Assembly: GCF_023055435.1 (NCBI RefSeq)
Contig: NW_025963791.1
Span: forward strand, 31,434,001 to 31,498,000
Source: Haliotis rufescens
Lineage: Eukaryota
Direction: 5' to 3'
DNA length: 64,000 nt
Within the stretch, counting starts at the first letter, position 1; every line of letters begins with the position of its first letter. Made by a program: the position numbers and the translations under genes. Below, in pieces: positions 38,571-52,399 of the stretch. The notes below the pieces were generated by a model. It did not search any database. It saw nothing but the letters and a program-made list of their open reading frames with translations, and was not told where the DNA came from.

Positions 38571-40344
38571 TTAGTATCGACTACATTTGTACTCCTTCAC
38601 TTCAGCATTACAACAGATGAAGAAGGATTCGCGTGCATGACAGAAAATACTCTTCAGGCCAGACACGTTACCGTCTGACGTGAGGAGGTCTCTGACAAAC
38701 TCTCCCGTCTCTGTCAGTTGTATGACCTTGTTGGAATTACTGTCAACCAGAAGAATGTCTCCCGTCCTGGCAGAGGAAATGCCATGAGGAACACCGAGTA
38801 CTCTGTCTCCGGTAGGGACGTATCTCCACACCACATCCCCCTCTGATGTTAGACATGTCACAGACTTCTCCCCCCAGTCAGACACGAGTATGTTGCCCTT
38901 GTTGTTGACACATATGTTGTCGGGGTAGGTAAATAGTCGCATATTGTTGTATGCATTAACTGACCTCAACACGAGCCCCGACATATCCATGATATCAACA
39001 CAATAGTCTGTACTTGCTGCTAGAGATGAAGAACAGCGAGACTGTAGTACCCAGTACGTGTTGTGATGGTTGATTGCAGCACCAGGTCAGGGCTGACACC
39101 CACTGTTACAATCTCACATGATTCGGGGACAGCAACCAGTACCTGCTTCTCTTTCAGCTGTGTTTTCAGATTGTTTCATACGATTCGTACTGAAACGTGA
39201 CGTCTTTTTTCTGATGTAGAACGATGTGATGCAGTGATTGTCCCCGTCAGTGACTACATCTGTCTGTACACCGTCAACATCCAGGACTGCGACGTCACGG
39301 ATATTGAAGGACATTTGGCCACTGATCCGATAGGTATCAATGGTGTTAACTAGCAGTGGTGCCTTCAGATTACCTTTACCTTGGTTATTGTGGTCAGTCG
39401 TCTCAATCTGTGGGACTGGCTTGTCGCTTTTACACTTTCCCCCCTTATCTCTGGTTTGCAGGTCAAAGAGGTCATGGTCACTTGACATAGGGCTCACCCA
39501 ATGTATCTTCACGCATCTTTCACAGAGGTCCACTTCGCATTCAGGACACCACAAGACTCCTGCAGTTATCTCCCCTAGTTGCTGACAGATTGTGCAGCAA
39601 TTGTTTGTTAACACTGCAAACATAGAATGATGTGAGTATTGTCACATGATAATTGAAATCTATTTCAGTTAATATAAACTGTCTATAGTGTTTAATACTC
39701 AGACAGAATGTAACAGCACAGACGTAAAAGTACCAGTAAATCAAACAGTAGTTACAACTTACATGCCATGCCTCAATGGCAATCAACCTGTAACTTACGT
39801 GGTAGACATTTCTTTTCTCGTTGATACATGTTATCGTCTAAACATAACAGCCTTCTGCAATTCTAATATGTTTTATATACCTTTTTTCACTCACTATTCA
39901 TGGCATATTTTGTAAACAACTTTGGTTAGTAATATAGATTTCTCAAATCAACAAATATCCTTTAAAGTACATTTTATTTTTATATTCTACGTTTTAATCA
40001 AACAAGACGTATTAATATAAATAATAAAATAGGTTCAACATTTAGAACGTTTTCACTCTACCTGGTTTGTGTGTCAACTTCTGCAGAATGATGCTGGGTT
40101 TGATCTGCCCCGCCCACTCCTCCACTGGCCTGCTGGGATGGGGGACCATGGTATCTTGTCCACAGCAGGCACATGGGATCGTCTTGGACTGTACAGCATC
40201 TGGCCTGGTTTGGATGTACTTGGTGATACATCTCTGACAGAAAGTGTGGTGGCAGGTCAGTGTACACGGGTCTGTGTACGTCTCGAAGCAGATGGAGCAC
40301 GTCAGGAAATTATCCTTGATTTTGTTTCCGTTCCGGGTAGCCAT
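38571..40344 (-). pseudogene. TRIM-like gene B2 with two frameshifting deletions; exons 40062-40344 and 38571-39613
   Basis: Relative to B1: net -8 bp near 39165 and -7 bp near 39030; stop codon at 39114-39116 in the shifted frame. Confidence 0.8.
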
Positions 40345-43067
40345 CTATTAAATGCATTCATAGTTTAATTAATTATACATTTCATTTTCCTCAAAACAAT
40401 AATGTTATGACTGAGCTTGATTCGTATCGTTTTACAGCTATTTGAATATGAATATATGTACACCCGGCTGCAAACATACTTTTACCCTTTACCTTTTTAT
40501 CGCTTTTATATACCGATGGATTGGTTGATAACGAATTTATCTTGTCGACATTCATGCGTATAGGCTAGCCGTATTGACAGCTGATAGATGTTACAATTAA
40601 ACCGAGTTACTTCCCTTTACTCACTGCATTCGAACCAACATAGGCTCATTTCAGAAAGAACTACATGATAATTGTCATGAAACCCACGCAAATCTACATG
40701 CATTTGCACACATCTGTATATTTTCACATATGTGTAAATGTATAAATCCAAATTCCAGTCTGCATAAATGTGTACCAACATTTATACAACTTACTTACCA
40801 GTTTTAACTTTACAAAAGTACGGTATATTCACCTACATGTGAAGACACAATCGAATGGCATGTATACCTTGTTACTCCACATATGTGAATGCATGGATAC
40901 AAGAGGGGTATAAGTTCAACACTGACGACAAACTGAGTCGGAATCAGGCTGAAACCTGCTGCCGTATATATCCTGATAGTGGACGTCGGGGCTTAGACGT
41001 GCATATAAATGTCCAGACTAAATGATGGCCATTGTAATTACCGCCAGGCGTGCCAAATACCTGAATTAAATGCATTCCTTTTATGCCCCGAGGGATCGTT
41101 GACAACGAGATGACAATACAACATGGTACATGGTACACAACATGTAATTAGTATCAGTAAATTGTTTGAATTTCTCTAATCAACGCGTGCATTCATCGGA
41201 ATATGAAAGAACATCAATGGCTAACTTGCACATATGGTAAGATCTCTGATGGCAAATATAATGAAGTATCCATGCGAGTTCGGCCAAAACTTTACATTAC
41301 CTCCCGGTGCACTCACGTTAGGTGCACAGCCCCGACTCGAAGCACATACTTGTCGTCTATCACTCACGAGTAACCACCACCCCCTTCTATTGAGAACACT
41401 GGTAGTGCACACTATCGACAGTGTCACATATAGAACGACTCATAGTAAACAAAGAACAATTGAGTGGATACGTTCACCGAAAGTAGAGTTTAGGACTGCC
41501 TGTTATTTTACCTTATACCCCAGTGGATGATAATACATATTTGCTATTGTCTCTATTCACTTAACCTCAGTTCGATGTGATATAACACCACCGTGAGGCT
41601 ACGTTTTAAAGTGATAGTGAAAGTAGGCGACTTCCTTGTTACAGCATACCATAACACTGATATCAAGGTCTGCTGATACACATATATGTCTAGCAGATAA
41701 TAAATGATATTTGACAAAACCCAATTAACGCCCAGTATCAGTTACCAGTTTGACAATATCTGTGTTGACAACGACAAGATGTATCTGAAAGTGTACCTGT
41801 AAGCAGGCTGTGTGTCTGGGTGTGGACTGCCGCACTCGGCTGAACTCGCCCTTTTCCGTAACTGTTTTGTCGGCTTGCCTAAATCGTCTCCATTCGGCTG
41901 TGTCCGTAAAAATATGCATCCGGCGTCAGAATGTTTATATAACATAACGTAAGGATTACATACTGTACCGCAAAATACGTAGGGATATAAAACCTTATAG
42001 ACGATTTCCTTTCAGTCTTCTACATAAAGAGAAAAAAACAATACACCATGTACTTTCCGCAAAAGGCGACTATGCTTGTCGTAAGAGGCTACTAAAGGGA
42101 TCGGGTGGTCAGGCTCGCTGACTTGGTTGATGCATGTCGTCGATGCGTGGGTCGATGCTCATGATGTCAATCACTGGATTGTCTGGTCCAGACTCGATTA
42201 TTTACAGACCGCAGTCATATAGCTTGAATATTGTTGAGTGCGGCGTTAAACAACAAATACAAAAACAAACAAACAGAACATGAAGAAAATACAGCAAGGA
42301 TTTATTTCTTGAAATGGGGAATTAGGCCAATTGCATAATTAATAATTCGCATACGAAGGATTGAAGCACTTAATGCTTACCAAATATTAACATGCCAGAT
42401 CAGAACATTTGTGCATTATGTGGGCAAAGTTACAATGATGTTTGTCATCAGCAATTACTTTTCAAATTAACAAAACGTTCTTTGTAGATTTCTTGTCACA
42501 ATCATGGTGTGTGTTTCCGTTCAAACGGCGGATGTCATCATGGAACACAGAGATGGGATCTAATCTTGAGGAGAATGTTGAATCCACGCACACACATAGC
42601 TATCGTGCGTCTTTTAGATTTCAACACATTGATGTTGATTATGATCGAATTAAAAACTACACCACTAAATTATTACTTCTACTGTTGTTTTTCGACACTG
42701 GGAGCAGCGAGCATGTAAATCCATTTTGACGTTCATGGCTATGTTTTTTTCGAAACCGTCGTAAAAATATAACCGCCCACTCTTACACTCATGCATATGG
42801 CATATATTTTGCATTAAATTGTATGGGCAATGTTAAATAATGTTTGTCCTTTTGTGACCAAATGACTGAATAGGCGGCATCCCAGGTTTTGGTGAAGACT
42901 TTTATTGATACTGAGTGTTCTATACATTGTCTGGATCTATTTTCTCCACATCTAATTTTCATATAAACATTTCCAGAGTAACCCCATGCTCACCATGTCA
43001 GATGCAGTCAATGACGACAAACATTGAAGCCACAGCTCTAGACTAAACCTTCATCTTTCGCTTTCTA

Positions 43068-44629
43068 TTAGACATATACTCTTTCACTTTCGTGTATGTT
43101 CAGAGAAAGAGGGATCCGTATTTATCACAAGATATATCACACATATCTTTTGACGTAAGGACATCCCTGACATACTCCCCCGACTCTGTCAGCTGTATCA
43201 CCTTTTTGATGTCTCTGACTGCAAGCAGGATGCCTCCTGTGCTGGTAGTTGTGATACAACGAGGTTGACCGAGTGCTCTGTCTCCGGTAGGGGCGTATCT
43301 CCACACAACATGCCCCTCTGACGTCAGGGGAAGTCTACTTTGACATGGATGATTGTTTCTTGTGTACAAAGATTTCACACACGTGTTATTGAAGTCAGTG
43401 ACAACACATGTATGTATACCATTGACAACCAGGACTGTGACGTCCGTGTGCCTGCTGTGTCTGTGTCCCTGACATCCCCCTTCTCTACAGCCCCCGACTC
43501 CCAGGACTGATACGCGTCATACAGGTCCATCTCACAGTTCGATACCAATGCCTGGTCAATGAACTCACAATGTTGTCTGTACATCTGAATCTCAATCTCT
43601 TCAAGTTTCACACCGGAGCGGAGTTGGCCGACGTACGTCTGTGTTATGTGATCCAGTTCCTCCAAGAGTTTTGTTTCTTTCTGTTTAATCTTGTTTATAG
43701 TTGTTTGACAGATTGATTTAATATTCTGACCAACTGAGACAGTGATTCTGAAACTACGTTGTAGTTTCTGGTTTTTCATCTTTATTTTCTTCGACATCAC
43801 TTTCAGTCTCTTCCCCATGTCAAATCTCTTTTCCGGTAGAGCTGTCTTCAACTCTGGCTTCATAGACTCAATGGTGACGAGAGTTTTACAAGCTCTGTGG
43901 TAGATGATACAGCATGTCTGACAAGCAGGCTTCTGACAGTCTTAACAGTGGAACTCTACATTGTTACCCTTGCGTTCTGTTCACTTGATCGTCCGTCTGC
44001 CCTTTGACCTAGATGACAGGTCACAGAGGTCATGGTTCTGTGACGTAGGGCTCACCCGGTGTGTCTTCACACATCTGTCACAGAGGGCCACCTCACACTC
44101 AGGACACCACAGGGCACCTGGAGTTGTCTCCCCTATTTGCTGACAGATCGTACAACAGGTGCTTGACTTCTCTGTAAACACAAATACGAACATATTTTTC
44201 TCTGAAACCTCACAAAATGGAAACACTAAGTAAGCAGTCTTTATTTTATTTCAAGGAAAAAAGCCCGATCCACCTTGAATTTCTCAGAATTAATAATATT
44301 TTGTAAACAGCGATTAATCAAACTAAATACTACAACTGGTTGTACTTCTTATAAACGTGTTATCACTTAACTTTGTTCATCTTCAACAAAAAGAAATCAT
44401 CAAACTTGATTGACACTCGTTAATTAATTTATTGTTTCTTGTACAAATTGTTACATATTTGTTCAATATTATTTCATAAGTGTATCTAATTCTTAAACAC
44501 AATAGACGTATCAATGCGAATGACACTACTGGTTGAACACATAAATTTTGTTTTCAAATAACCTGGCACTTGTTCCTCGGTCCTGAGGATGTCGATCAGC
44601 CCCTGTATAATGATGCTGTGTTTGATCTG
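43068..44629 (-). pseudogene. TRIM-like pseudogene A3
   Basis: Nonsense codons (~43100, ~43943, ~43981), two internal deletions (junctions ~43326 and ~43444), RING exon truncated at ~44628. Confidence 0.85.
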
Positions 44630-45017
44630 TTATACCGTTATAGTTTTATGTATATATATATTTAGTGTACTAATACAAAAGACAACGACATAATTGATCT
44701 TGTCTCAGAGAAGTGTAAAGGTTTATTTCCCTTTGAGTGTGAATATATATACAGATGTACATGTGTGCACCGGAGCACACGTGGCCAAGTGGTTTTACAT
44801 GCCACTTTCGCTGTGAGTTGCGTCTCTTATGCGTGTTCGTGTGTTGAATCCCAGTTCGCCCTGAATGTTTCTAGGCGCGTCTGTATCATACCCGTGCACG
44901 TGGGTTTTACCAAAGTGGCATCATAAGGCCTGCATCATGTCGGCTTTTCTTCCCATACCAAGCTGCCACGCAGTGGTTTAAATGTGTGACCAATTGAGGC
45001 AAGGCACCAGAGTGACA
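44628..45017 (-). mobile_element. Putative solo LTR
   Basis: On the minus strand begins TGTCAC, ends TATAACA and has AATAAA ~95 bp before the end; abruptly truncates the A3 RING exon; no TSD. Confidence 0.4.
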
Positions 45018-45838
45018 GCAAGAAACTCTGGGTAGGAGAGTGGGAGTTGTTCAGATAAATTAATATTTGAGAAACTGAATAACTGATTAACTTTGTTAAA
45101 ATTCTCCAAGCCGAATGCACGTTTTTTTCAAATTTGGAATCGAGAACATAACAAAGTGAAAAGTCCGAAAACATTCCGGGCCTTAATACCATTTTACAAC
45201 GATTTCAACTCATCAAATTCCGGAACACAAATTGTCATTTTACATTACTGTTTAGAAACTAAAAAAAGTTTAGAAGAATGATTTTGGATGTTAAACAGAA
45301 TCTTACCCAAGCATCTTTTGATATCAGATATACCAACAGTCGTCGACAAAGGCCTTTGCGTTTTAAATTTTTAACGACTCGTGTTGATATATTTGATATC
45401 AAAGATACTTTGGAGAGATTCTCTATTATGTACCTTTAAACCTTCCTTATAACTCATGTTTCTAGGTTTGTCAGCACCATACCGTGCTCGTATGATTCAC
45501 CACTGTGGTAAACGTCTGAGACATGCATATGACTTCCAAATTAGCTGAAACGCCATGTGTAACTGGAATACTGTTCAACCAGCGTTAAACCCAACTCACT
45601 CACTCCATTGCAGGAAACATGCATTCATTTGTAAATGTTTTCGCATGAATCCGCTTATAGAATTTACACACATATGTACATCTGCATGTACATATGCTAT
45701 TTTCTTGTTTACAACTGCGTTTGTAAATTTCATAAAGGAAAATGTACATTTATGCAACGGCTTTACAAAATAGCTACACCTGCAAGTGTATGCACTCCAG
45801 TTTGCATATATGTGGTCATATGCACTCACTGCTTCAGT

Positions 45839-46597
45839 CAATCTCATTAAAATCAGATCTAAGTTCTCGTTGCCGCTAAACAAAGATCTGCGGACATCCC
45901 ATAGTCAGAACGACCTTTCGCGAACTTTGACCGACCACTGAAACGACTAACAAGAAGTGGACATCAGCCAATTAGAAAGCAGCTTTCTCGAGCTTTGCGG
46001 CACTATTTTCAGACTACTTCCATTTCAGACTACGCTTGAAAAATATGTTGACACATTTCCCTATTGATATTTTGAAAACTGAACAGACGAACATTCCGGA
46101 ATGTCTAATATATGGTTGCGATTGTATGGCAGTGAGTGAGTGAGTATGGTTTAACGCCGCTTTTAGCAATATTCCAGCAATATCACGGCGGGGGACACCA
46201 CAAATGGGCTTCACACATTGTACCCATGTCGGGAATCGAACCCGGGTCTTCGGCGTCACGAGCGAACGCTTTAACCACTAGCCTACCCGACCGCCCCTTG
46301 TATGGCAGTGCTTCCCACGTACTGTGCAACGACTCCTCTGATCAAATGTTTATCCCAAGGAAGCGAGATAGACGATAATTTTGTCGGAATCGGTCGTACG
46401 TGTCGTAACTGTCGTTCGGAATACCCCATGTTAACGTTTTCGAGGTTGCATCATTAGAAAACACATCACTGTCTTGATATGGTAAGCGACGCTTTGATTG
46501 GTCCGATGAAAGGGTGTTCTGACGTGACCCGTAATGGGATGTCCTCAGATCTTTGTTTAGCGATAGCGAGAACTAAGATCTAAATTTATTGAGATGG
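45839..46597. mobile_element. Mutator-like MITE with ~60-bp TIRs, 9-bp TSD and a nested SINE
   Basis: CAATCTCATTAAAATCAGATCT...GGACATCCC is inverted at 46536-46597; TSD TGCTTCAGT/TGCGTCAGT. Confidence 0.75.
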
Positions 46598-47699
46598 TGC
46601 GTCAGTGGGCTTCAGTGCTGCAATCTCATTCAGCAATGCTTTCCTGTGTTTCTAGCATGAGTCTCTGTAATTACTGCCCTTCCTTTCAAATACTTAAACC
46701 TATCGAGGACATATCTGCACCGCCCGACTCGGCGCCTATATATACGTGTTATCTATTCACTCAAGAGTAACCTCGACCCCCTTTTACAGTCAACACTGGC
46801 AGAGCACACTATCGTCTCGGTACGTAGCCACCAGTAGTTAGGTACAGGACCTATAGTAATCGAGGAACAATTGAGTGGATACGTTCACCGAAAATACAAC
46901 TGGGGATTGTCTTTTATTTATATCATGTAACCGGTCAATGTCAATATATTTGAGTAATTGTAAAATTCAGGTAGCTTCTCAACTCTCTGTCGTAATAGAG
47001 TGGAATGATGTGATAACTTCTTGTTACAACAGGCCTCGATTTCAAGGCGTTTTGTCACTCAGATATCTCCAGCAGATTATGTTTTATAGAAACAGTGAAT
47101 GCTCAGTAACAGTTTGACATGATCTGTTTTTCAGAAAACGACAAGAGGTGACCTAATATCGGCCTTTCTGCTGGCTTTGCGTCCAGATGTGGATTGCCGC
47201 CCTCAGCTAAACTCGTCCTTGTGCTTGACCGTGTGCTTGAAATGACGTAAAGATTAACGGACTACTTCCACATTCCTGGGAAAACGCGGGCAATTCCCTT
47301 GCACGAATACATACAGAAGCGTTCTTTCTTTACATTTTACATACAGACACTAAATCTGGAATGCCTATCTGTCTCTTTTGTGGAGCCTGATATATAGTTT
47401 GGTACATTTTTGTTCCCTCTTGGTATATGTTCGCATGGGGCATGCATGCAGATTTGGGTTATATTCCAACTCTCGGTAATCTCCAGGTCGGTTAAACCCC
47501 GTTTTTCCTTTACACAGTGAATAATATCAATCGCTACATTGTCTGGTGCAGTCTCGACCTCTTTACTTTCAGCTCGAATATTGCTCAGTGCGTACAACAA
47601 ATACGCACGTACATTCCAGTTTGGTGCCTCAGATTTAAAAATTGTGTGCCTGTCATGATTTATGTGTGAAAGATTCCCAATCAATATTAAACAGCTTAT

Positions 47700-48930
47700 G
47701 AGTTGAGAAATGAACCGTGTCCACATTTTACATTATATTAGTCAGAGGTATTGTCTTGGAAATGCAAACAATAAATAGAAAAGAGACACAGCAATAGACA
47801 AACTTTCCTAATGTGTATACAAAGTTTTACAATAAATATTAAACAGCTCATGTGTTTTGCTCGGGAATGAATCCAAATGAGTCTGACTTGCCACCTTCGA
47901 AACGCAAAACATAAACGCTTGAACAAATCCCGGAATATCTTAAGGCAGCATTTTATTGGTGTGTATAGGTTATCCCGAGAAATTACAGAATGAAAGTTAA
48001 ATGATTTGTTGCAAAGGTTTCAAAGAAGGCACGACTCGATTGTAATTATCTGATGTGGGTTTTTATCAGAAAATAATAACTTACATATCATAAATTTTCG
48101 AAACACAATTACCGGTTATTGCGTTATTATGCAGGAATCATTTTTGAATATATTTTCCCTATTTGTAAAGATTTGTCTAGATATGTGAATTACATTTTGC
48201 AATGATGAAAACACCATTTCTTGGTTCCACAATCCACATGCGCCATGGAACATTATTGCAGCGAAATATTTTATGGAAAAGTTGGCCTCCTTAAATATAC
48301 ACTTTATATTTTTTTTAAAGTAGATTCTGTGTAAACAACACATTTCAAGTAAACCAAAACATGGTAACACAGTTTGAACAATAGATAATTACCTGCAAGT
48401 CCCATACTTCATAATTACTGTAAAGAAGAATAATTCTCACCACTTGAAAGATGGTTCTTAGTCTGGACTGACAATATCTCAGATTGGTATCCAAGATTTG
48501 CGAACCTGTCCAAGTGATAACTCTCGGATGATAAATACATTGGTGTTCAGGAATTGGCAGAATCTTTTGATACCATGACAGTAATAGAGTTCGACACATT
48601 GACAATAACTGACTCATCTTTATGATTTCATAGGCAAGGCCTAAGATGATGGACAGGAAGTTATGGCAATATTCTGTGACATTAGCAACGCATTCGATCG
48701 TGTTTGGCACAAAGGTTTCTGATTAATTTAAGAAATTAAGCAAGTGTGGAATAAAAGGGGTTCTTTGTAAATGGTTCCAAAGTTACTTATCTGGTAGAAA
48801 GCAATATATGATATTAATGGACATCAATCGAATGTTAAACCTGTACTTGCCTGTGTCCCTCAAGGTTCACTGTTAGGACCCTTATTATTTTAAGTATTCA
48901 CCAATGATATTGTCTGTGATACACAATGTA
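47700..48930 (+). mobile_element. Degraded CR1/L2-type LINE reverse transcriptase fragment
   Basis: AIFCDISNAFDRVWHKG, WFQSYLSGRKQ and VPQGSLLGPLLF motifs across frameshifts. Confidence 0.75.
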
Positions 48931-48948
48931 ATATATACTTGTTTGATT

Positions 48949-49730
48949 CTTTGTCCGCGCGATTTCTCTTAAACTATTCATCTCAAACTTAGTACATATA
49001 TTCTGTGTCATATGGAGGGGTGCAGTCAAAGAATTTATTTTTTTAATATTAATTTTCTTTTTTTTTAATGAATATTTCAAACCCTAACGTCTCTCAGAAT
49101 ACTTTGTCCGCGCGATTTCTCTTAAACTATTCAGTGGATTCATCTTAAACTTAGTACATATAATCTGTGTCATATGAAGGGGTGCAGTCAAAAGAAAAAA
49201 ATGTTTTTGATTAATTTTCCATTTTTTTATGAATATTTCAAACCCTTACATCCGTCTGAAAACGTTGTCCGCGCGATTTCTCTTAAACTATTCAGTGGAT
49301 TCATCTCAAACTTAGTACATATAATCTGTGTCATATGAAAGGGTGCAGTCAAAAGAAAAAAAATGTTTTTATTAATTTTCCATTTTTTTTATGAATTTTT
49401 CAAACCCTAACATCCGTCCGAAAACTTTGTCCGCGCGATTTCTCTTAAACTATTCAGGGGATTCATCTCAAACTTAGTACATATAATCTGTGTCATATGA
49501 AGGGGTGCAGTCAAAGGAAAAACATTGTTTTTATATATTTTCCATTTTTTTATGAATTTTTCAAACCCTAACGTCTCTCCGAATACTTTGTCCGCGCGAT
49601 TTCTCTTAAACTATTCAGTGGATTCATCTCAAACTTAGTACATATAATCTGTGTCATATGAAGGGGTGCAGCCAAAAGAAAAAAAATGTTTTTATTAATT
49701 TTCCATTTGTTTATGAATTTTTCAAACCCT
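48949..49730 (+). repeat. Tandem array of five ~160-bp units, likely internal to a Helentron/HINE element ending near 50907
   Basis: Units start at ~48949, 49102, 49263, 49425 and 49586 (TTGTCCGCGCGATTTCTCTTAAACTATTCA...); hairpin GTGAGC-CAC-GCTCAC at 50880-50894 followed by CACTTGTT. Confidence 0.8.
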
Positions 49731-51239
49731 TAAAATTTTCTCACTAAAAGTTAACCATGACATATGTTTATCTAGATGTGTAGACTCGTAAAAAATGAAA
49801 CAAAAGAAAATATTATCATTGTTGCGATGAAGAATGTGATTTTGTGCGGTCACAGTATGTGGTTAAGCTGAACCTATGGAACGGGGTAAACGGAAGTTGT
49901 AAGTATCTGAGGGACACATGTTTTTGCCGAAATTTAGGTAAACATTATAGAATGAAATTTTAAATAAAAATAATAAAATAGATGACAAACATAAGGTCAG
50001 ATATACAGCGAACACATTTTTATTACTAGATAGTGTAACAACAGGATTAACTTGGGTAATTCAATTCGGATTTGTTATGCTATTTCCGATGACAGATCAT
50101 GACAGCCTGAAATGAGACTGAAGAAAAGTCTGTGCGTATTATACACAAGAGATATTTTTTTCAGGATTTAATTGCCCATAATTAGGGGTGCGTATTATAC
50201 ACGAGTGTGTATTATACACGAATAAATATGGTATATACGAAATGTTAAGCTTTGGGCGTATTTGGTGTTGCTAATAAACCGTATTCAACCAGAAAATATT
50301 ACAAGTGTTCACAACTTTTTAGTTCAACTTCACTGTTGATAGATAATACAAGATAACTAGATAAAAGATGTAAATGAGTTAGTGGTATTAAATTATAATC
50401 TGACATGAAATGTATTTTAATATCCATCCATGATTAAAAATTATGTCTCACAGTTGAGACTGATGTTATTTATTAATCCTGTATTAGTGTCACTGTAAAT
50501 TGTTTCATGAGCTCTGAAGTAATTAAAGATTGTGAAAAAATATAACCAACAAACTATGTTTTTCATTCATTTATCCTTTATTTCTCTGTATTACAATCAG
50601 CACATTGAGAACATTAATTAGCACTTGTTAACTTAAACTAAAGACATATAATATTTAAAAGATACTCAACTTTAAGTGTAACATTAACAGTGAACACTTT
50701 AAATTTCATTAATCATACAATAAAACATTTGACTCTCAAAAAATATTTTTGACTCCCCAAAATCAATAGGCTGAGTCAAGGTGACTCTCAGATATTGGAG
50801 TCTAGGGGGAACCCTGCCAGACCCTTTCCTAGCTATTTAATTTGTGACTACTGACACACTAGGTGGGTCGGGGGTATTAGTGAGCCACGCTCACTTTTGC
50901 ACTTGTTAATAATTAACTCACTCATTCATCCTCATGTTAGATTAACAAAACTCTAATGTTGGTTGACACGAGAACAGAGTTATATGTTGCATGGGATATG
51001 TTAAAATAGGTTCACAGATCGAAACGTTAACGTGTGGTTTCAGTCGCGTGGAGAAGCCTGTTATGTACACAAGCGGGTAAAAATGTCAGTAACATAAACA
51101 AGGGGCTGAAACCAGTTACATATACAAGGGGATTACGACTGACTAAATATTTTAATGAGTTACGTAGGCAAAAGGTCTGTAACAGCCTCGATCACAGTTC
51201 ATTACAAGTGGGAGTCTGTTGATGTGGCTTGCTTCTTGG

Positions 51240-51670
51240 AATTTTCTTGGAATTTTCAAATCTGGATGTATTTGAGGTTGATTGTAACAGTTTTGATTTG
51301 GTCCCACTGGATGCCTTGACAGGAGTCGTCACGGACATGGTCTGATAAAGGTGATTTAGAATCAACTTTGGACACTGAGCTCTGATGTTCTTTAATTCGG
51401 ATTTTCAGGGGCCTTGACGTTTTGCCAATGTAGGCATGTCCACAAGTACACGGAATGTGGTACACACCTCCTGAGGGTTCTTGCTGTTGGCTGTTTTGCG
51501 GCTTTCCTTTGGCTTTGATGGCGTCAATGTTGGCCCGCTTCTTTTAGAGTCTCTTAATTGTATGGCTGACAGTTCCAAAAGGCTGATGACAAAGGGTTTA
51601 GATTGTTGAAGGGGATTTTGGGTTTTCCTTGGTGATGCACTGTATTGTCTGCTGCACTAGCTCGGTTGGG
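51240..51670 (-). mobile_element. Penelope-like GIY-YIG endonuclease remnant
   Basis: GGVYHIPCTCGHAYIGKTSRPLKIRIKEH...SPLSDH. Confidence 0.75.
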
Positions 51671-52399
51671 GTTGTACAGTGAGGAGACAATACAAAGCTA
51701 TATGCAGAGTTACTTTCCTCCTGCGTATATTCGTACAAAAAAGTACATCAATGATTTAAAATACGCATAAAGAAAATGGATGAAGGGCTTGATACTCAAA
51801 GCCTACCATACTCATCTAGATGACAATAAGTACAGACAGAGTTTCAATGACGTTTGGCATTACCGAATACCCATGAAATGCACAAAAAAGTTGAGGACAA
51901 GAATCACAGCCTCAGTAGATTTCAAGTTTCTTGGTCCAACCATGATGTGTGTTTAAGGTGCAAACGGCGGATCTTTTTACAGAACAAATGAATAAAATGG
52001 ATATTATCTAGTCTAGAATGTTGAATCAATGCAGATACACGGTTATCGTGTGTTTTTACGATTTCAAAATATTAAAAGTAATCGATTAAGAACCCTTTAA
52101 ACTCCTTATCACTAATACTTTTGTGTGACCAAGTTGACCTTCTGTGGCCGATGTCACCACAAGTATCTCTATAACAACTGGCACTACTGGTGTGTTTCAC
52201 GTTGTGATCACGTGGATTATTCATTGCTGGAAGTAACCTATTTGAATACTCCATGTCTGCTTGACTGAAAAAGCGATACCCAAGACTGTTATTATTATGT
52301 ATTCTACTCTTTTACTCGATCTATTCTCTTTACATAAATTTACTTATAACCTTTTCAGAATAACCTCATGCACAATCCATGATTGTTTTGTTTTTTCTA

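Larger units (their letters stand above)
28605..42010. repeat. Segmental duplication unit 2 (A2+B2)
   Basis: Collinear with 12776-26470 at an offset of about 15.1-15.8 kb. Confidence 0.9.

Noticed and set aside
48949-49730. CRISPR-like array
   Set aside because: Whole units repeat with no unique spacers, no cas genes, eukaryotic context
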